55,542 bases of DNA from the NCBI GenBank assembly GCA_003650815.1, contig QMSB01000002.1, positions 1-55,542 on the forward strand, read 5' to 3'. Below the pieces are notes generated by a model, which saw only the letters and a program-made list of their open reading frames with translations, was not told the origin of the DNA and ran no database searches. A program made the translations under genes and the position numbers. The DNA is from Thermoprotei archaeon. Lineage in GTDB: Archaea; Thermoproteota; Thermoprotei; Thermofilales; B15-G2. Position 1 is the stretch's first letter. Each line of letters opens with the position of its first letter. Shown here piece after piece: positions 18,546 to 29,388 of this stretch.

Positions 18546-19524
18546 GAGAGTACTTATTACTTGTCATAGAAACGCCGACTTAGATGCTGCTGCTAGTGTA
18601 GTAGGTTTTTCATCAATGTTGGACAGGGCTCCTTCCGAGACAATAATAGTTTTTCCTGAAGGACTAAGCAGACTCTCTAAGAAGTTTTTGTCATGTCTAG
18701 ACATTGATGTAGATTATCTGTGCGATGCCACTAATGTAGGAGACATAGATTATTTAGTGCTGCTTGACACAAACTCTCTTTCACAACTTTCAGAAAAGCT
18801 CGTAGAAATAGCGAGAAAAACAAAAATAGTAATTATAGATCATCATCTATGGCGCAGAAAATACCCTGAAAACACTGTCATAGCTATAGTTGATAAAACT
18901 TATCTTTCAACGTCAAGCATAGTGTATGATTTAGCGAAGAAAGAAGGACATAAGTTTAACAAAAATATTCTCACACTCCTTCTAGGAGGAATACTATATG
19001 ATACAAAGAGGCTCTCTTTACTAAACTCTAAAGTGCTACGACTCGTGGCCAATATATTAGACGAGGGCGGCGACTATGCCACCGCTTCTAGGTTACTAAG
19101 GCATGAAATGGATATATCAGAAAAAATAGCTCGCTTTAAGGCGTCCCAAAGAGTAAAAGTGTATAGAATTGGAGACTTACTTATAGCAGCGACCAGAGTC
19201 GATGCATTCGAAGCTTCAGTAGCCCGATTGTTCTTAGAAATGGGTGCAGATGTAGCAGTAGTAGTCAGTCAACAAAAGAGAGGCAAGGTCCGAGTAATCG
19301 CGAGAAGTTCTCCCGAGTTCTTTAAGAGAACAAAAATCAGTTTAGGCTCACACATAATGCCAGTAATCGGTGAGATAATCCAGGGAGAAGGAGGAGGACA
19401 CGATACAGCAGGAGGCGCTCAGGGGGTATATGACGCAGATAGGCTAGTAGAACTTGTCGTCAAAATAATCGTGGAAAAAATCGTGGGACAGCAGATAGAT
19501 CTGAAAATTATCGAAGTCAAGTAA
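18499..19524 (+). CDS. DHH/DHHA1 family phosphoesterase
   Basis: HRNADLDA, LLDT, IDHH, GGGHDTAGG. Confidence 0.9.
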   Translation: MNSSSIKSLKSLLDNKRVLITCHRNADLDAAASVVGFSSMLDRAPSETIIVFPEGLSRLSKKFLSCLDIDVDYLCDATNVGDIDYLVLLDTNSLSQLSEKLVEIARKTKIVIIDHHLWRRKYPENTVIAIVDKTYLSTSSIVYDLAKKEGHKFNKNILTLLLGGILYDTKRLSLLNSKVLRLVANILDEGGDYATASRLLRHEMDISEKIARFKASQRVKVYRIGDLLIAATRVDAFEASVARLFLEMGADVAVVVSQQKRGKVRVIARSSPEFFKRTKISLGSHIMPVIGEIIQGEGGGHDTAGGAQGVYDADRLVELVVKIIVEKIVGQQIDLKIIEVK

Positions 19525-19561
19525 TCAAAGCTCTTATAAACACTTGCACTCTATTTTTAAC

Positions 19562-19909
19562 ATGGACATGGACTACAAGAAATTCAAGAAACTCTTCCCT
19601 CATCTAGCAGAGGAGATATCAAGAAAAGAAATGTGTATTTCCATCAGCGGCGTCAGATGGCACGAGGAAGAAGAGGAAGACGAGCTCCGAAATCCAGGAG
19701 TGATCTCTTTCATCAGAAGATGCCGAACAGAGAAAGAAGCACTAGAAGTTATCGAGTGGATGGAGAAAAGAGGAGAAATTTCAAAAGAGTACGCAGACGA
19801 CCTTAGGAAACAGCTCAAGACTAGGGGCTTAAGGTCTTTCGGACCTTTCAAGGAAGACGGATACTATTTCAAAAAATACTACTTCAAGCAGCGGAGGAGG
19901 CTTGAGTAG
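19562..19909 (+). CDS. DUF2095-like conserved archaeal protein
   Basis: FKKLFPHLAEEI, FIRRC.TEKEALEVI, GLRSFG..KEDGYY. Confidence 0.8.
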   Translation: MDMDYKKFKKLFPHLAEEISRKEMCISISGVRWHEEEEEDELRNPGVISFIRRCRTEKEALEVIEWMEKRGEISKEYADDLRKQLKTRGLRSFGPFKEDGYYFKKYYFKQRRRLE

Positions 19910-20516
19910 CCTTTAAGGGAGGAGCCTTTAAAGGTATCTCGAAGGTAGGTGTCAGAACCTTTATCTTCCTCACTTCACATTTGCGGAGAGGATATATCTT
20001 CTTAGCTCTGTTGAATATCTCCGCTGAGATTTTTCCGAGCACGGCCTCCTGAATAAAAGCGTCGAAGTCTAGTTTGGAGGCAAACTCCTCTACGACCTCT
20101 TTCATCATCTTCCTTATAGCCTTCTTTTGCGAAGTCTTGGCTCTATGAAGAGTGATGGCCATAACCATTACTCTCAAGTGGACTCCGTCCTTTGTATATA
20201 CGTCGAATATTCCATCTACTTTAGAGGATCCTCTTCTAACAAGACTCCTTATGTAGTCTCTTGTTAATTCAAAGCCTTTGAACTGGGTATGAGCTCTGTC
20301 GCCATCAACTTTTACGATTTGAAACTTTAGCTTGTAAGGTAGTTGAGTGATATCCTTAGTCAGGTCAAAGAGACTTACTTCAATAGTTCTTCTGAGAAGG
20401 TGTTTATCAGTTAAAGCAGGTACTAAGCCCAGTTCAGCGTAACCGAAGGCGCTTGACGCATATACGGTATACCATTTCTTCATACTCCACTTATCTCGTC
20501 GTCTTCTCTCAGACAA
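19884..20516 (-). CDS. rps3ae: Ribosomal protein eS1 (S3Ae)
   Basis: DKWSMKKWY, LTRDYIRSLVRRGSSKVD, KKIYPLRKCEVRK. Confidence 0.97.
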   Translation of the reverse strand: MSERRRRDKWSMKKWYTVYASSAFGYAELGLVPALTDKHLLRRTIEVSLFDLTKDITQLPYKLKFQIVKVDGDRAHTQFKGFELTRDYIRSLVRRGSSKVDGIFDVYTKDGVHLRVMVMAITLHRAKTSQKKAIRKMMKEVVEEFASKLDFDAFIQEAVLGKISAEIFNRAKKIYPLRKCEVRKIKVLTPTFEIPLKAPPLKATQASSAA

Positions 20517-20535
20517 GGTTTCACCTCTACGCCTT

Positions 20536-20826
20536 CTAGAGACTTCTATTACTGCTATTTAAATTTGTCTTTATAGCATCTAACGATCGATAAGCCGCGG
20601 CAATACATCTGAGAATATCATTTACGGTCTGCTTGGCTCTGTCGATTCTTCCTTCGCTGTCGATGATTAGTATATGTAGCTCATTACCAAGAGCACTAGA
20701 CTGCACTCTCAAAAAGGGGGAGCTCTGCTCATTGTCAGGTGTGAGAGAGGCATTAATACTTTGAGCAGTATTTTTGCTTTTGAAGGATAAGATTATCAAT
20801 ATTACTACCTGCCCGTGTTTTTTCAT
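20536..20826 (-). CDS. Second Pcc1-like protein
   Basis: SLTPDN...TVNDILR; context rps15-RecJ-Pcc1-rps3ae. Confidence 0.65.
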   Translation of the reverse strand: MKKHGQVVILIILSFKSKNTAQSINASLTPDNEQSSPFLRVQSSALGNELHILIIDSEGRIDRAKQTVNDILRCIAAAYRSLDAIKTNLNSSNRSL

Positions 20827-22259
20827 GGCAACTCCCTCTCCAAGGTTCTTAAAAACCAGTTGATTTTCTCCTCGGGTATTGTTGCTCCAGCTGCCTTTTC
20901 ATGTCCTCCAGCCTCGCAACCAGTTATTTTAGCTATTTTAGATACAAGGTCTCCTAGAGAGAATTTGGGTATGTCTTTTAGTAATCTGAAGGAAACTTTA
21001 ACGTGGTTAGGCTTGGAGGAAGAGGCTATGAGAGCTAATAGTGTGTATTTTCCTTTAAACATGGGCTTCGATGAAAGTATGGATGAGATAGCTCCGCTTA
21101 TCCTCTCGTCTATTAGACTAAAGCAGTCTACTACTATTGTTTTATTCAAGTAGTTAATTGGCACTTTCTCTTCACTAATTGTTTTTAGGGTTTCACTCAA
21201 TATTCTTCTGTATTTATTTAGAATATTTAGTACTTCATTATAGTAGCTTAGCTTGTTTAGGCAAATTAGTATGCCTATCCATTCTTCTCTTAGTCTCCCA
21301 CATGCGTTAAGAAGAGAAGCGAATTCTCTTGCATCATAGAGCTCTGGATATTTCTCATATGCGTTGATAAAGTATGAGTAACCTAGGATTTTCTCAGCTT
21401 CTTGAGGAGGCACTCCTTCACAAATCATGTGCTTAACTAGCTCTACTACAAGTGTCTTTACCTCATCTTCACTTAAGTCTTTGAGGTATCGAGGCTTTCC
21501 TTCATGGTCAAATGGCTCTATCGAAATTCTTTTGAGGAAGTCTATACAGGCTCTTTCGTCTCCGGTGAGCCCTGGTATATACGGCTCTATCGTGTACTCT
21601 AGACATTTATGAAGAGGTCGTCTTCTTATTCCAAAAAGCCTAATGTTTATTTCACGTGAGATAATCTTTCTCTCCAATGCGTCCTTTAGGATTAGCTTAT
21701 TTAAGCCTAAGAAATCACACTTCTCTCCTTGGTCCTGCCTATCGCCTAATGCTCCAATAACTGCTAGGTGTACACTTTTCTCACCGACGTCTTTATCCAG
21801 CTCTTTAGCTAGAAGATAAGTTATTCCTGCTGTGCTGACTTGGGTAGACCCGTTAATACCATAATTCCATGGATTTACTTCATGTATTTTTTCACTGCTA
21901 ACAGATTCTGCTGAAGGTATGTGATGATCTAAGATAACTATATTAAGCTTAAGGTTTACTGCCATTTCTTCAAGTAATTTTCTATGCCTACTTCCCATGT
22001 CGCATAAAATGAGACACTTATATTCTGGGTATTTTTCAATTAATAGTCTCAAGTCTTCTGCTGAGGGCTGTTCTATGATTTTTATGTGAAAACTTGTCTT
22101 TCTTTTAATTAAAATGTTAGCAATAATCGCAGCTGATGAAAGTCCGTCGGCGTCATAGTGAGAAATTATTAGAAAGGGACCCTCTGAAACTAACTTCTCT
22201 AAATAACTGGCTACTCTCTTCAGCTGACTATTAAAAGCTTTCGCATTGTTGAGCGACAT
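20823..22259 (-). CDS. RecJ/Cdc45-like DHH nuclease
   Basis: SHYDADG, DMGS, LDHH, GALGDRQD, LLNACGR, GGHEKAAG. Confidence 0.9.
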   Translation of the reverse strand: MSLNNAKAFNSQLKRVASYLEKLVSEGPFLIISHYDADGLSSAAIIANILIKRKTSFHIKIIEQPSAEDLRLLIEKYPEYKCLILCDMGSRHRKLLEEMAVNLKLNIVILDHHIPSAESVSSEKIHEVNPWNYGINGSTQVSTAGITYLLAKELDKDVGEKSVHLAVIGALGDRQDQGEKCDFLGLNKLILKDALERKIISREINIRLFGIRRRPLHKCLEYTIEPYIPGLTGDERACIDFLKRISIEPFDHEGKPRYLKDLSEDEVKTLVVELVKHMICEGVPPQEAEKILGYSYFINAYEKYPELYDAREFASLLNACGRLREEWIGILICLNKLSYYNEVLNILNKYRRILSETLKTISEEKVPINYLNKTIVVDCFSLIDERISGAISSILSSKPMFKGKYTLLALIASSSKPNHVKVSFRLLKDIPKFSLGDLVSKIAKITGCEAGGHEKAAGATIPEEKINWFLRTLERELP

Positions 22260-22705
22260 TAGCCAAATATACTTATTCTCTCTACCTTATATTCCCAGTG
22301 AGGTGGTAACACTCCTTCCCTTTTATAGTATTTAACTAATCTTGCTATCTTAGCTTCTACTAACTGTAGGCCTCTTCTAGAATGATAATCCTTTGGATGC
22401 TCTTCTAGATGTTTTCTAATTCTTATGGCTCTTTTAATTAAGTTAGCTAAGTCTTCTGGAATTGATGGCGCTAATCCATGTTCTTTAAGTATTTGACATA
22501 TTTTCTTTCCTGTTACCTGCTTTACTAGTGGTATTCCATACTGATCTCTCAGTATTATTCCTATCATGGACGGAGGATATCCTTTTCTAGCTAATGTTAT
22601 GACTAAGTTTTCTACTTCCTCAGGCGTATACTTGACCCAAGGTGGTGTAGTTCTTCTAGCTGGCCTCGTTGAGTGAGACTTACCCTTCTTCTTCCGCTTA
22701 TTCAC
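22259..22705 (-). CDS. rps15: Ribosomal protein uS15
   Basis: [31 protein letters not shown]. Confidence 0.97.
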   Translation of the reverse strand: MNKRKKKGKSHSTRPARRTTPPWVKYTPEEVENLVITLARKGYPPSMIGIILRDQYGIPLVKQVTGKKICQILKEHGLAPSIPEDLANLIKRAIRIRKHLEEHPKDYHSRRGLQLVEAKIARLVKYYKREGVLPPHWEYKVERISIFG

Positions 22706-22838
22706 AGAACTATCGAAGACCGGAGGTAAATATATTTTTTTATATATAAGGAAGAGACCTTTGACTACAGATGTTTAGATATATACCTAACTGAAATTTT
22801 ATTAATTTCAGGAATAATATCTTATTACATTGTTTATT

Positions 22839-23537
22839 TTAGGTAGTTATCTGCCCTCTCTTTCTCTTAATTCTTCGCTCACTTACATACCGTCCTCGCA
22901 TTCTTATGTCCTTTACATTGCTGAGTATCTTCTCCGTCTTATTTTTTCCTCTAGCTTTCTCATAACCTCTGATAAAGTGCTTGAAAACATCCTCCGCTAT
23001 AGAGAAGTGTGTACTCTCTAAAGAGCGTAAGAACAGGTGTAGATCTACGCTCTGGTCTTCGTAGTCTCTAGAAAATGCTCCTAGCCCAAAGTCAATAAGC
23101 ACTGGTTTTGCGTTACACACCATTATATTAGATGTTGTGAGATCCCCGTGAACGATTCCGGCCTCATGTAGACAACCTGCAAAATAGCCTGCTTCCTCGA
23201 GTATGTTCGCTAAGTTATTTACCTTTTTCTTTTCAAGCACTTTTTTCAGCAATTCTCCTTCGAGAAATTCTATTACAATGGTTGTTTTCGCTAAGTCGAT
23301 GGCATAGACTGCTGGTGCTGGAACTCCGCTTTTGATACTGTAGTGAAGAAGCTTTGCTTCTAGTAATGTCCTGCGTCTTCTCAGAAACTCGTCGAGTTCT
23401 CTGCATCGGTATGGTTTAGGTATTCTTACTTTCTTTACTGCAGGATGTCCTAGAAACGTTGTCTTTACTATTAGGGCTTCAGCTCCCCAGCTCAGAACTT
23501 CTTCAGTCTTGCTTAAACCATGGTATATCGACTTCAT
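22839..23537 (-). CDS. bud32: KEOPS kinase Bud32
   Basis: GAEA, K.RIPKPYR, HGDLTTSN, IDFGL. Confidence 0.95.
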   Translation of the reverse strand: MKSIYHGLSKTEEVLSWGAEALIVKTTFLGHPAVKKVRIPKPYRCRELDEFLRRRRTLLEAKLLHYSIKSGVPAPAVYAIDLAKTTIVIEFLEGELLKKVLEKKKVNNLANILEEAGYFAGCLHEAGIVHGDLTTSNIMVCNAKPVLIDFGLGAFSRDYEDQSVDLHLFLRSLESTHFSIAEDVFKHFIRGYEKARGKNKTEKILSNVKDIRMRGRYVSERRIKRKRGQITT

Positions 23538-24513
23538 CTAGACGCCACCTAGGTCTAATATAGCTTTTTTCGACTGGTATAGTTATGCCATGAGAGTAGC
23601 ATAAGTAGCCTGTGTAAGCTATCATGCCACCGTTATCACCTGCATATTCTGCTGGAACAGTCATGAAGTTCACTGAATGGAGTTTACACATGATTTCTAG
23701 TTTCTTTTGTAGGACCTTACTTCTAGCTACTCCTCCGGTTAGGACTACAGAGTTCTTCCTTGTATGAGCAAGAGCTCTTTCAGTTACTTCAATTAACATT
23801 CCGTAAGCTGTCTCTATGAAACTATAGCATAGGTCTTCTAAGGAATAGTTAGTATCCGAAGACGCGATCTCCAGTGCCTTAGTTAAAAGCCCTGAAAGAG
23901 ATAAGTCTTGACCCTTTACGATATAAGGCAGCTCAATAAATTTCTTAGCCTTTTTGGCTTTCTCCTCTAAGTGAGGAGGACCTGGTAGCCCTAGACCTAT
24001 TTCTCTCGCAAACACATCTAAACAGTTTCCTAGCGCTATGTCCAATGTTTCTCCAAATACTCTGTAGCGTCCGTCGCTGTATGCAGCTATGATAGTGTTT
24101 CCCCCAGAAACATAAACTACTAATGGATCACTTACTTTTAAGAGATAGCGTGCTATTTCTATGTGAGCTACGCAGTGATTCACCGGAACAAGAGGCTTGC
24201 TGTAGTGTGCAGCTAATGCTCTAGCAACACTACATCCTACTCTCAGGCAAGGACCTAGACCTGGACCGAAAGACGCGGCTACTGCTGTAATATCTTCCAT
24301 CTTAACATTTGCTATAGACAAAGCTTTTGACAAAACTTTGTGAGCTACGGACGCATGATGTTCTGCTGCTTCGCGGGGATGAATTCCTCCTTCTAGAGGT
24401 ACGTAAGCGTCGTTGACGTTTGCTAGAATCCCCTTGAGACTAGAAAATATTCCTACACCGAAAGTGTGGGCTGTAGTCTCAATACCTAAGATTATTATCT
24501 CGTTTAAGCTCAT
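23503..24513 (-). CDS. kae1: t6A synthase Kae1
   Basis: GIETTAHT, GIHPREAAEHH, GPGLGPCL, VNHCVAHIE, SGGNT, GDNGGMIA. Confidence 0.97.
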   Translation of the reverse strand: MSLNEIIILGIETTAHTFGVGIFSSLKGILANVNDAYVPLEGGIHPREAAEHHASVAHKVLSKALSIANVKMEDITAVAASFGPGLGPCLRVGCSVARALAAHYSKPLVPVNHCVAHIEIARYLLKVSDPLVVYVSGGNTIIAAYSDGRYRVFGETLDIALGNCLDVFAREIGLGLPGPPHLEEKAKKAKKFIELPYIVKGQDLSLSGLLTKALEIASSDTNYSLEDLCYSFIETAYGMLIEVTERALAHTRKNSVVLTGGVARSKVLQKKLEIMCKLHSVNFMTVPAEYAGDNGGMIAYTGYLCYSHGITIPVEKSYIRPRWRLDEVDIPWFKQD

Positions 24514-24540
24514 GAGACAGCTACTTAAATACACTGAAGA

Positions 24541-24714
24541 CTATTTGCCTTTCTTTGCAACGAAAATCGTGTAGCCGCATCTTCCACAGTGATGTCTTTC
24601 AACTGGCTGTAGATGGTGAGCCATTATAGACCCGCAGCGCGGACACTTCTTGTTCTTGAGCCTTATATATCCTTTCTCATAATCATATTCGTATAGCTTA
24701 TGGACATGCGCCAT
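24541..24714 (-). CDS. rps27ae: Ribosomal protein eS31 (S27Ae) (not in ORF track)
   Basis: Manual translation [57 protein letters not shown]. Confidence 0.95.
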   Translation of the reverse strand: MAHVHKLYEYDYEKGYIRLKNKKCPRCGSIMAHHLQPVERHHCGRCGYTIFVAKKGK

Positions 24715-24724
24715 ATACTCAACC

Positions 24725-25087
24725 TCAACTCTTACGTTTTAGCTCCTCTAATTTCTTTTTCCTCTCCTCGGGCGGAAGATTTTTTAAGATTATATGTAGC
24801 GGCTCTACTTTCTGTGCTCGCTCAGGAGTCCTGTAGATATGAACCTCGGCTCTACTTCTTCCTACACCGAATTCCGTGATTATTTTCCGAATATAAATAG
24901 TGTTTAAGTCTACTTTGAGCTGCTTGGACAGGTACTGTCTCACGTCGTATACTTTAGGTGTACTCTTTGCAAAGTGATGGATTGTCATTTCTAGTTCTCT
25001 CCTTTCGAGTAGAGGATTTACTCTCTCTCTAACTATTTCTATCTCAAAGCCGTATTCATTCTTCTCTGCCGCTTGACCGCCCTCCAT
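24725..25087 (-). CDS. rps24e: Ribosomal protein eS24
   Basis: [25 protein letters not shown]. Confidence 0.93.
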   Translation of the reverse strand: MEGGQAAEKNEYGFEIEIVRERVNPLLERRELEMTIHHFAKSTPKVYDVRQYLSKQLKVDLNTIYIRKIITEFGVGRSRAEVHIYRTPERAQKVEPLHIILKNLPPEERKKKLEELKRKS

Positions 25088-25147
25088 AATCTTCTCCTCA
25101 TTAGAAATTTGTGAATATATATTAAGCTTACTACTTAAGTACAGGCC

Positions 25148-25354
25148 TTACCGCACTCTTAAAGCGTATCTTCCAGGCTTTTCTATTCCTAGCTTACTTG
25201 CGACAAGAGATTTCTCTGGATCGGTAACTATTATCATGCCGCTCCACTCTGTGGAAAATTCTCTCGATCCGCAAATAGGACAAGTCTCGGTCTTTATATC
25301 GACGAGAGCTTTACAGTTCTTACAGGCTTTCCACGAAGAAAGTCTTCTAGGCAC
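25148..25354 (-). CDS. spt4: Transcription elongation factor Spt4 (RpoE'')
   Basis: KACKNC, CPICGS, WSGMIIV.DPEKS, PGRYA. Confidence 0.95.
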   Translation of the reverse strand: MPRRLSSWKACKNCKALVDIKTETCPICGSREFSTEWSGMIIVTDPEKSLVASKLGIEKPGRYALRVR

Positions 25355-25360
25355 TTAACA

Positions 25361-25933
25361 TCACCTGGTTTTAGCTTTTTTCTTGAGCTGAGTTTCTTCT
25401 TCTATCCATTCTATTTTACCTAAAGCTGGCTGTCTCATAGTCATATGTACTCGAAAAGTCTTTAATTCTCCGGTACCGTAGCTCACTGAAGTTATTCTAG
25501 CTCTTATAATATCTCCCTTCTTTACTATCCTTTGCTTCTTTTTGCCGATTAGCGCTTGCTGAGCTCTATCGTAAGTGAATTCTTCTTCTTCCTCTATTTG
25601 CGAGACATGAATAAAACCATCAATGGGACCTAATCTTACAAATATGCCATATTTCTCGACGGTCTCTATGTCCCCTTCGACAACTTCGTTTTGAAGTGGA
25701 GTGAAGACTAGGGCATCGAAAAATACTTTATGGTAGAGAGCTCCGTCGCCCGGAATAATTTTACCTACATCAGAAACTTTGACGTTAACTACAGCTATTA
25801 CTATCCCTAGATTAGGTATTGTTCTGCCCTCGTAGTTCTCTTTGACCAATTCTAGTGCTGCCTCCTCTATAGGTTTCTTGAAATAACTGGGTGGAATACG
25901 CAATACATCTTCTATCGAGACTATTTGATACAC
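25361..25933 (-). CDS. rpo7: RNA polymerase subunit Rpo7 (E')
   Basis: RIPP..F, PGDGA, GPIDGFIHVSQI, TMRQPALGK. Confidence 0.97.
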   Translation of the reverse strand: MYQIVSIEDVLRIPPSYFKKPIEEAALELVKENYEGRTIPNLGIVIAVVNVKVSDVGKIIPGDGALYHKVFFDALVFTPLQNEVVEGDIETVEKYGIFVRLGPIDGFIHVSQIEEEEEFTYDRAQQALIGKKKQRIVKKGDIIRARITSVSYGTGELKTFRVHMTMRQPALGKIEWIEEETQLKKKAKTR

Positions 25934-26006
25934 GCCAGAAAAATATATTAATGCTATATATTTTTAGCCGTTTACTCACTGCTTACAGAAACACCTTACT
26001 AAAGCC

Positions 26007-26411
26007 TTAGTCACTGTAAGCAAACTCTATTTTTCTTTTCTTAATATTAATGAATATGACAGGTATTTTTTCAGAGACGAGTATTCTCGCGAGATACTTA
26101 TCGTTTGTAGCTACAATACATCTATGTTTCTTAGCATACTCGATGATTTTCATGTCCACTGGCTCGTATTTGCTGTTATAATTTTCTATTCTACAGTGAG
26201 TTTCTATAAACTTTTCTATAAGCTTGAATACCTTTCTTATCTTACTCTTATTCTTTTTTGAAATATTTTCTAGTTCTTCTATGCTGTCCCTTAAGATCAC
26301 TAGCTCGTAGTTCTTTCCATATTCTCTTCTTAGCCAGTAATTGATATCAATTTTATTAGTTATTGCCGTTATTAGAAAACTTAGGTCTATTAGGATTATT
26401 TTCTTATCCAT
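26007..26411 (-). CDS. PIN-domain protein (Fcf1/VapC9-like)
   Basis: ILID, EEL, VD..II..A, VATND; position upstream of rpo7. Confidence 0.8.
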   Translation of the reverse strand: MDKKIILIDLSFLITAITNKIDINYWLRREYGKNYELVILRDSIEELENISKKNKSKIRKVFKLIEKFIETHCRIENYNSKYEPVDMKIIEYAKKHRCIVATNDKYLARILVSEKIPVIFINIKKRKIEFAYSD

Positions 26412-26534
26412 AAGCGAGTATATACAAATTAACACCTTGAGTATAACCAGTTAAGCAGTACTTTATTAGTTTAACGACCTATTTTTAAACAATTAATGAC
26501 AAAATATTTCTACTGGCTGGAGCACTTACTACCG

Positions 26535-27863
26535 ATGCGACGAAGAGTAATTATTATGGGCGCTGGCGGCCGCGATTTTCATAATTTCAACGTCTTCTTC
26601 AGAGATAATGAAAACTACGAGGTTATAGCGTTTACAGCCGCCCAAATACCGAATATAGCTGGAAGAATATATCCACCTGAGCTTGCCGGGAGACTTTATC
26701 CTAATGGAATACCTATTTTTCCTGAGGAAAAACTTCCAGAGCTCATAGAGAAGTACCAAGTAGACGAGGTAGTTTTGGCATACAGCGACTTGCTCTTCGA
26801 CGACGTAATGAACAAAGCTTCTCTCATACTGTCGAAAGGTGCTACCTTCAAGATTCTCGGGCCCAAAGACACTATGTTGAAGTCTGAAAAACCTGTAATA
26901 GCGGTCTGTGCAGTGAGAACAGGTGCTGGAAAAAGCACTACTACTAGATATGTTGTGAGAGTACTCAGAAAAAGAGGTCTCATAGTAGGAGTAGTAAGAC
27001 ACCCAATGCCCTACGGAGATCTCAGCAAACAGATAGTGCAGAAGTTTACATGCTACGAAGACTTAGATAGATACGAGTGCACTATAGAGGAGAGAGAGGA
27101 GTATGAGCCTCTTATAAGTATGGGTGTTCCTGTTTACGCTGGTGTAGACTACGAGAAAATATTAAAGCTAGTTGAGAAAGAAAACGATATAATAATATGG
27201 GATGGCGGAAACAACGACTTTCCGTTTTTTAAACCTGATTTAATGATAACGGTCGCTGATCCCACTAGACCAGGGCATGAAGTCTACTCTTATCCAGGAC
27301 AAGTGAACGTTAGGTTAGCAGACATAATTCTCATAAACAAGGTTAACATTGCCTCAGAAGAGAATGTAGAGAAAGTAGTTTATAATGTAAGAAAACTTAA
27401 TCCAAAAGCCATTATCCTTAAAGCATCTTCTGTTATTAAGGTCGATAATCCTGGGCTCATTGAGGGAAAAAGGGTTTTAATTATAGAAGATGGCCCATCT
27501 GTAACACACGGACACTTAGGCTATGGTGCAGGCTACAGAGCGGCTTTAAAGTATGGAGCAAGCGAGATAGTTGATCCGAGACCATATGCTGTGGGTTCTA
27601 TAAAGACTGCTTACAGCCAGTATCCTCATCTAAGCAAAGTTCTTCCAGCCTTGGGCTACGGCTATAATCAAATCAAGGAATTAGAGGAGGTAGTGAATAA
27701 AATAGACTGTGATGTAATTGTGCTTGGAACACCCACTGACCTGCGAAGAATTATCAGGATAAACAAGCCCGTGGTGAGAGTATACTATGAACTAGAGTTT
27801 TCAGAAAAACCGGATTTAGAGGATCTCATAGTAGAAAAACTAAAGTCACTGAATGTTCTCTAG
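26535..27863 (+). CDS. COG2403 P-loop ligase (cDPG synthetase-like / arginine synthetase ArcE-like)
   Basis: GAGGRDFHNFN, AVRTGAGKS, RHPMPYG, TIEEREEYE, WDGGNND, EDGP. Confidence 0.8.
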   Translation: MRRRVIIMGAGGRDFHNFNVFFRDNENYEVIAFTAAQIPNIAGRIYPPELAGRLYPNGIPIFPEEKLPELIEKYQVDEVVLAYSDLLFDDVMNKASLILSKGATFKILGPKDTMLKSEKPVIAVCAVRTGAGKSTTTRYVVRVLRKRGLIVGVVRHPMPYGDLSKQIVQKFTCYEDLDRYECTIEEREEYEPLISMGVPVYAGVDYEKILKLVEKENDIIIWDGGNNDFPFFKPDLMITVADPTRPGHEVYSYPGQVNVRLADIILINKVNIASEENVEKVVYNVRKLNPKAIILKASSVIKVDNPGLIEGKRVLIIEDGPSVTHGHLGYGAGYRAALKYGASEIVDPRPYAVGSIKTAYSQYPHLSKVLPALGYGYNQIKELEEVVNKIDCDVIVLGTPTDLRRIIRINKPVVRVYYELEFSEKPDLEDLIVEKLKSLNVL

Positions 27864-28676
27864 TTGCCTTTTAATAGACTCAGCGATATCTTGACTTATT
27901 TTGCGTCCTAGCTCTGCGCAGTACATTATTTCATCTAAGGTAAATACTCCACGTCCTCCTTTTTGTATCGCACAAATTTGACCTTCTTCGTTGAATGATA
28001 GTGTAAGTCGGGCGTCCATTATTAACTCTTCTTCATAACAAGGGTCTACGACTATCTTATCTCCTATTTTAGCGAAAGTTACGGGTATAGCTTGGTGCTG
28101 CACTGGGAGAGGTTCTTTCTCTTCTAGTATCTTGATGCTCTCGTTTTCAGTAGAAACCTTAGAGATCTTTGCGCAAAGGAGTGCACAATATGCGGCAAGA
28201 CCAGACGCGTCCATAAGGTTTCCATCATGGTTTAGCGCGTAGATATCTATGTAGAGCGCCCACACTCTTCTTCCTTGAATTATACACAATTTCCTGAGAT
28301 CTACTGCTTTCGTGCTTCTAAGTCCCCTGTCAACGACTCTCGCTATCTCAATATCATCCTCGCCGGGGGGTCCTGGCTCAAAAGTAGGTGATGCTAAAGG
28401 TATCAGTTCTGTGTTCACTATTAGTACTCCCTCGTCTGGAGTGTCTGAAAATGGCATCCCTAAGACACACTTTACTCCGGCTATAACCATAGTATTCCCT
28501 ATATTTACTATAGCCGAACCCTCAGCTTTCTCTATGACGTTAAACTTTACGGAAATTTCCCTGTACTCATCTAGTTTCCGCCCATCAATTCTAGTGCCTT
28601 TCTCTAATAATGCTTCTATTGTTCTCTTCTTAATTACAGGAATTATCTCCTCTGACTTAGCCAAGCTCCTCACCAC
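27846..28676 (-). CDS. rrp42: Exosome subunit Rrp42
   Basis: [39 protein letters not shown]. Confidence 0.96.
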   Translation of the reverse strand: MVRSLAKSEEIIPVIKKRTIEALLEKGTRIDGRKLDEYREISVKFNVIEKAEGSAIVNIGNTMVIAGVKCVLGMPFSDTPDEGVLIVNTELIPLASPTFEPGPPGEDDIEIARVVDRGLRSTKAVDLRKLCIIQGRRVWALYIDIYALNHDGNLMDASGLAAYCALLCAKISKVSTENESIKILEEKEPLPVQHQAIPVTFAKIGDKIVVDPCYEEELIMDARLTLSFNEEGQICAIQKGGRGVFTLDEIMYCAELGRKISQDIAESIKRQLENIQ

Positions 28677-29388
28677 TTTCTAGATACTTAGATTTAAGAG
28701 CCTCTTTCTGCAACTTATATATTTGCATTATTCCGTTTTTAGCAAGCTTTAATGCTTCTTTCAATTCATCAAGCGTTATAAGGCCGTCTGCCTGTAATAA
28801 TGTTATTTGGTCTAGTCCTGGCATCATTGCCACAGGAATATCGGCCTCTCCGTACTGATCTTCTAAGTGGTTTAGATCTAAAGCTATTTTCCCCTCTATT
28901 TTACCTACGGCAACTGCTGCCACTAAGTCTCTCATAGGTATTCCGGCGTCCGCAAGCGCTACGGCAGCCGCTGTTATCGACGCACATCTAGTTCCACCAT
29001 CCGCCTGTAGGACCTCTATGAAAACATCAATAGAGGTTCTAGGAAACATTTCTAAGAAAAGTGCAGGCTCTAACGCCTGTCGAATAACTTTTGATAACTC
29101 TACTTCTCTTCTTGATGGAGCGGGACTTTTTCTTTCAGGCACAGAGAAAGGCGCCATATGATATCTACATCTCAGTACCGCTCTATCAGGAAGAGCCTGA
29201 TGTCTCGGATGAAGTTCTCTTGGACCATACACAGCTACCATGATCTTGTTTTTCCCCTGCTCAATATAGGCTGATCCGTCAGCATTTTTTAGAACACCTA
29301 CTTCTATCTTTATTGGCCTCAGTTGATCCAGTTTTCGGCCATCTATTCTAAGTCCTTCTTCATTTAAGAGACAGATTTTCCCCTTCAT
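28657..29388 (-). CDS. rrp41: Exosome subunit Rrp41
   Basis: NADGSA, YGPRE, MAPFS, PSRRE.E, QADGGTR. Confidence 0.97.
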   Translation of the reverse strand: MKGKICLLNEEGLRIDGRKLDQLRPIKIEVGVLKNADGSAYIEQGKNKIMVAVYGPRELHPRHQALPDRAVLRCRYHMAPFSVPERKSPAPSRREVELSKVIRQALEPALFLEMFPRTSIDVFIEVLQADGGTRCASITAAAVALADAGIPMRDLVAAVAVGKIEGKIALDLNHLEDQYGEADIPVAMMPGLDQITLLQADGLITLDELKEALKLAKNGIMQIYKLQKEALKSKYLESGEELG

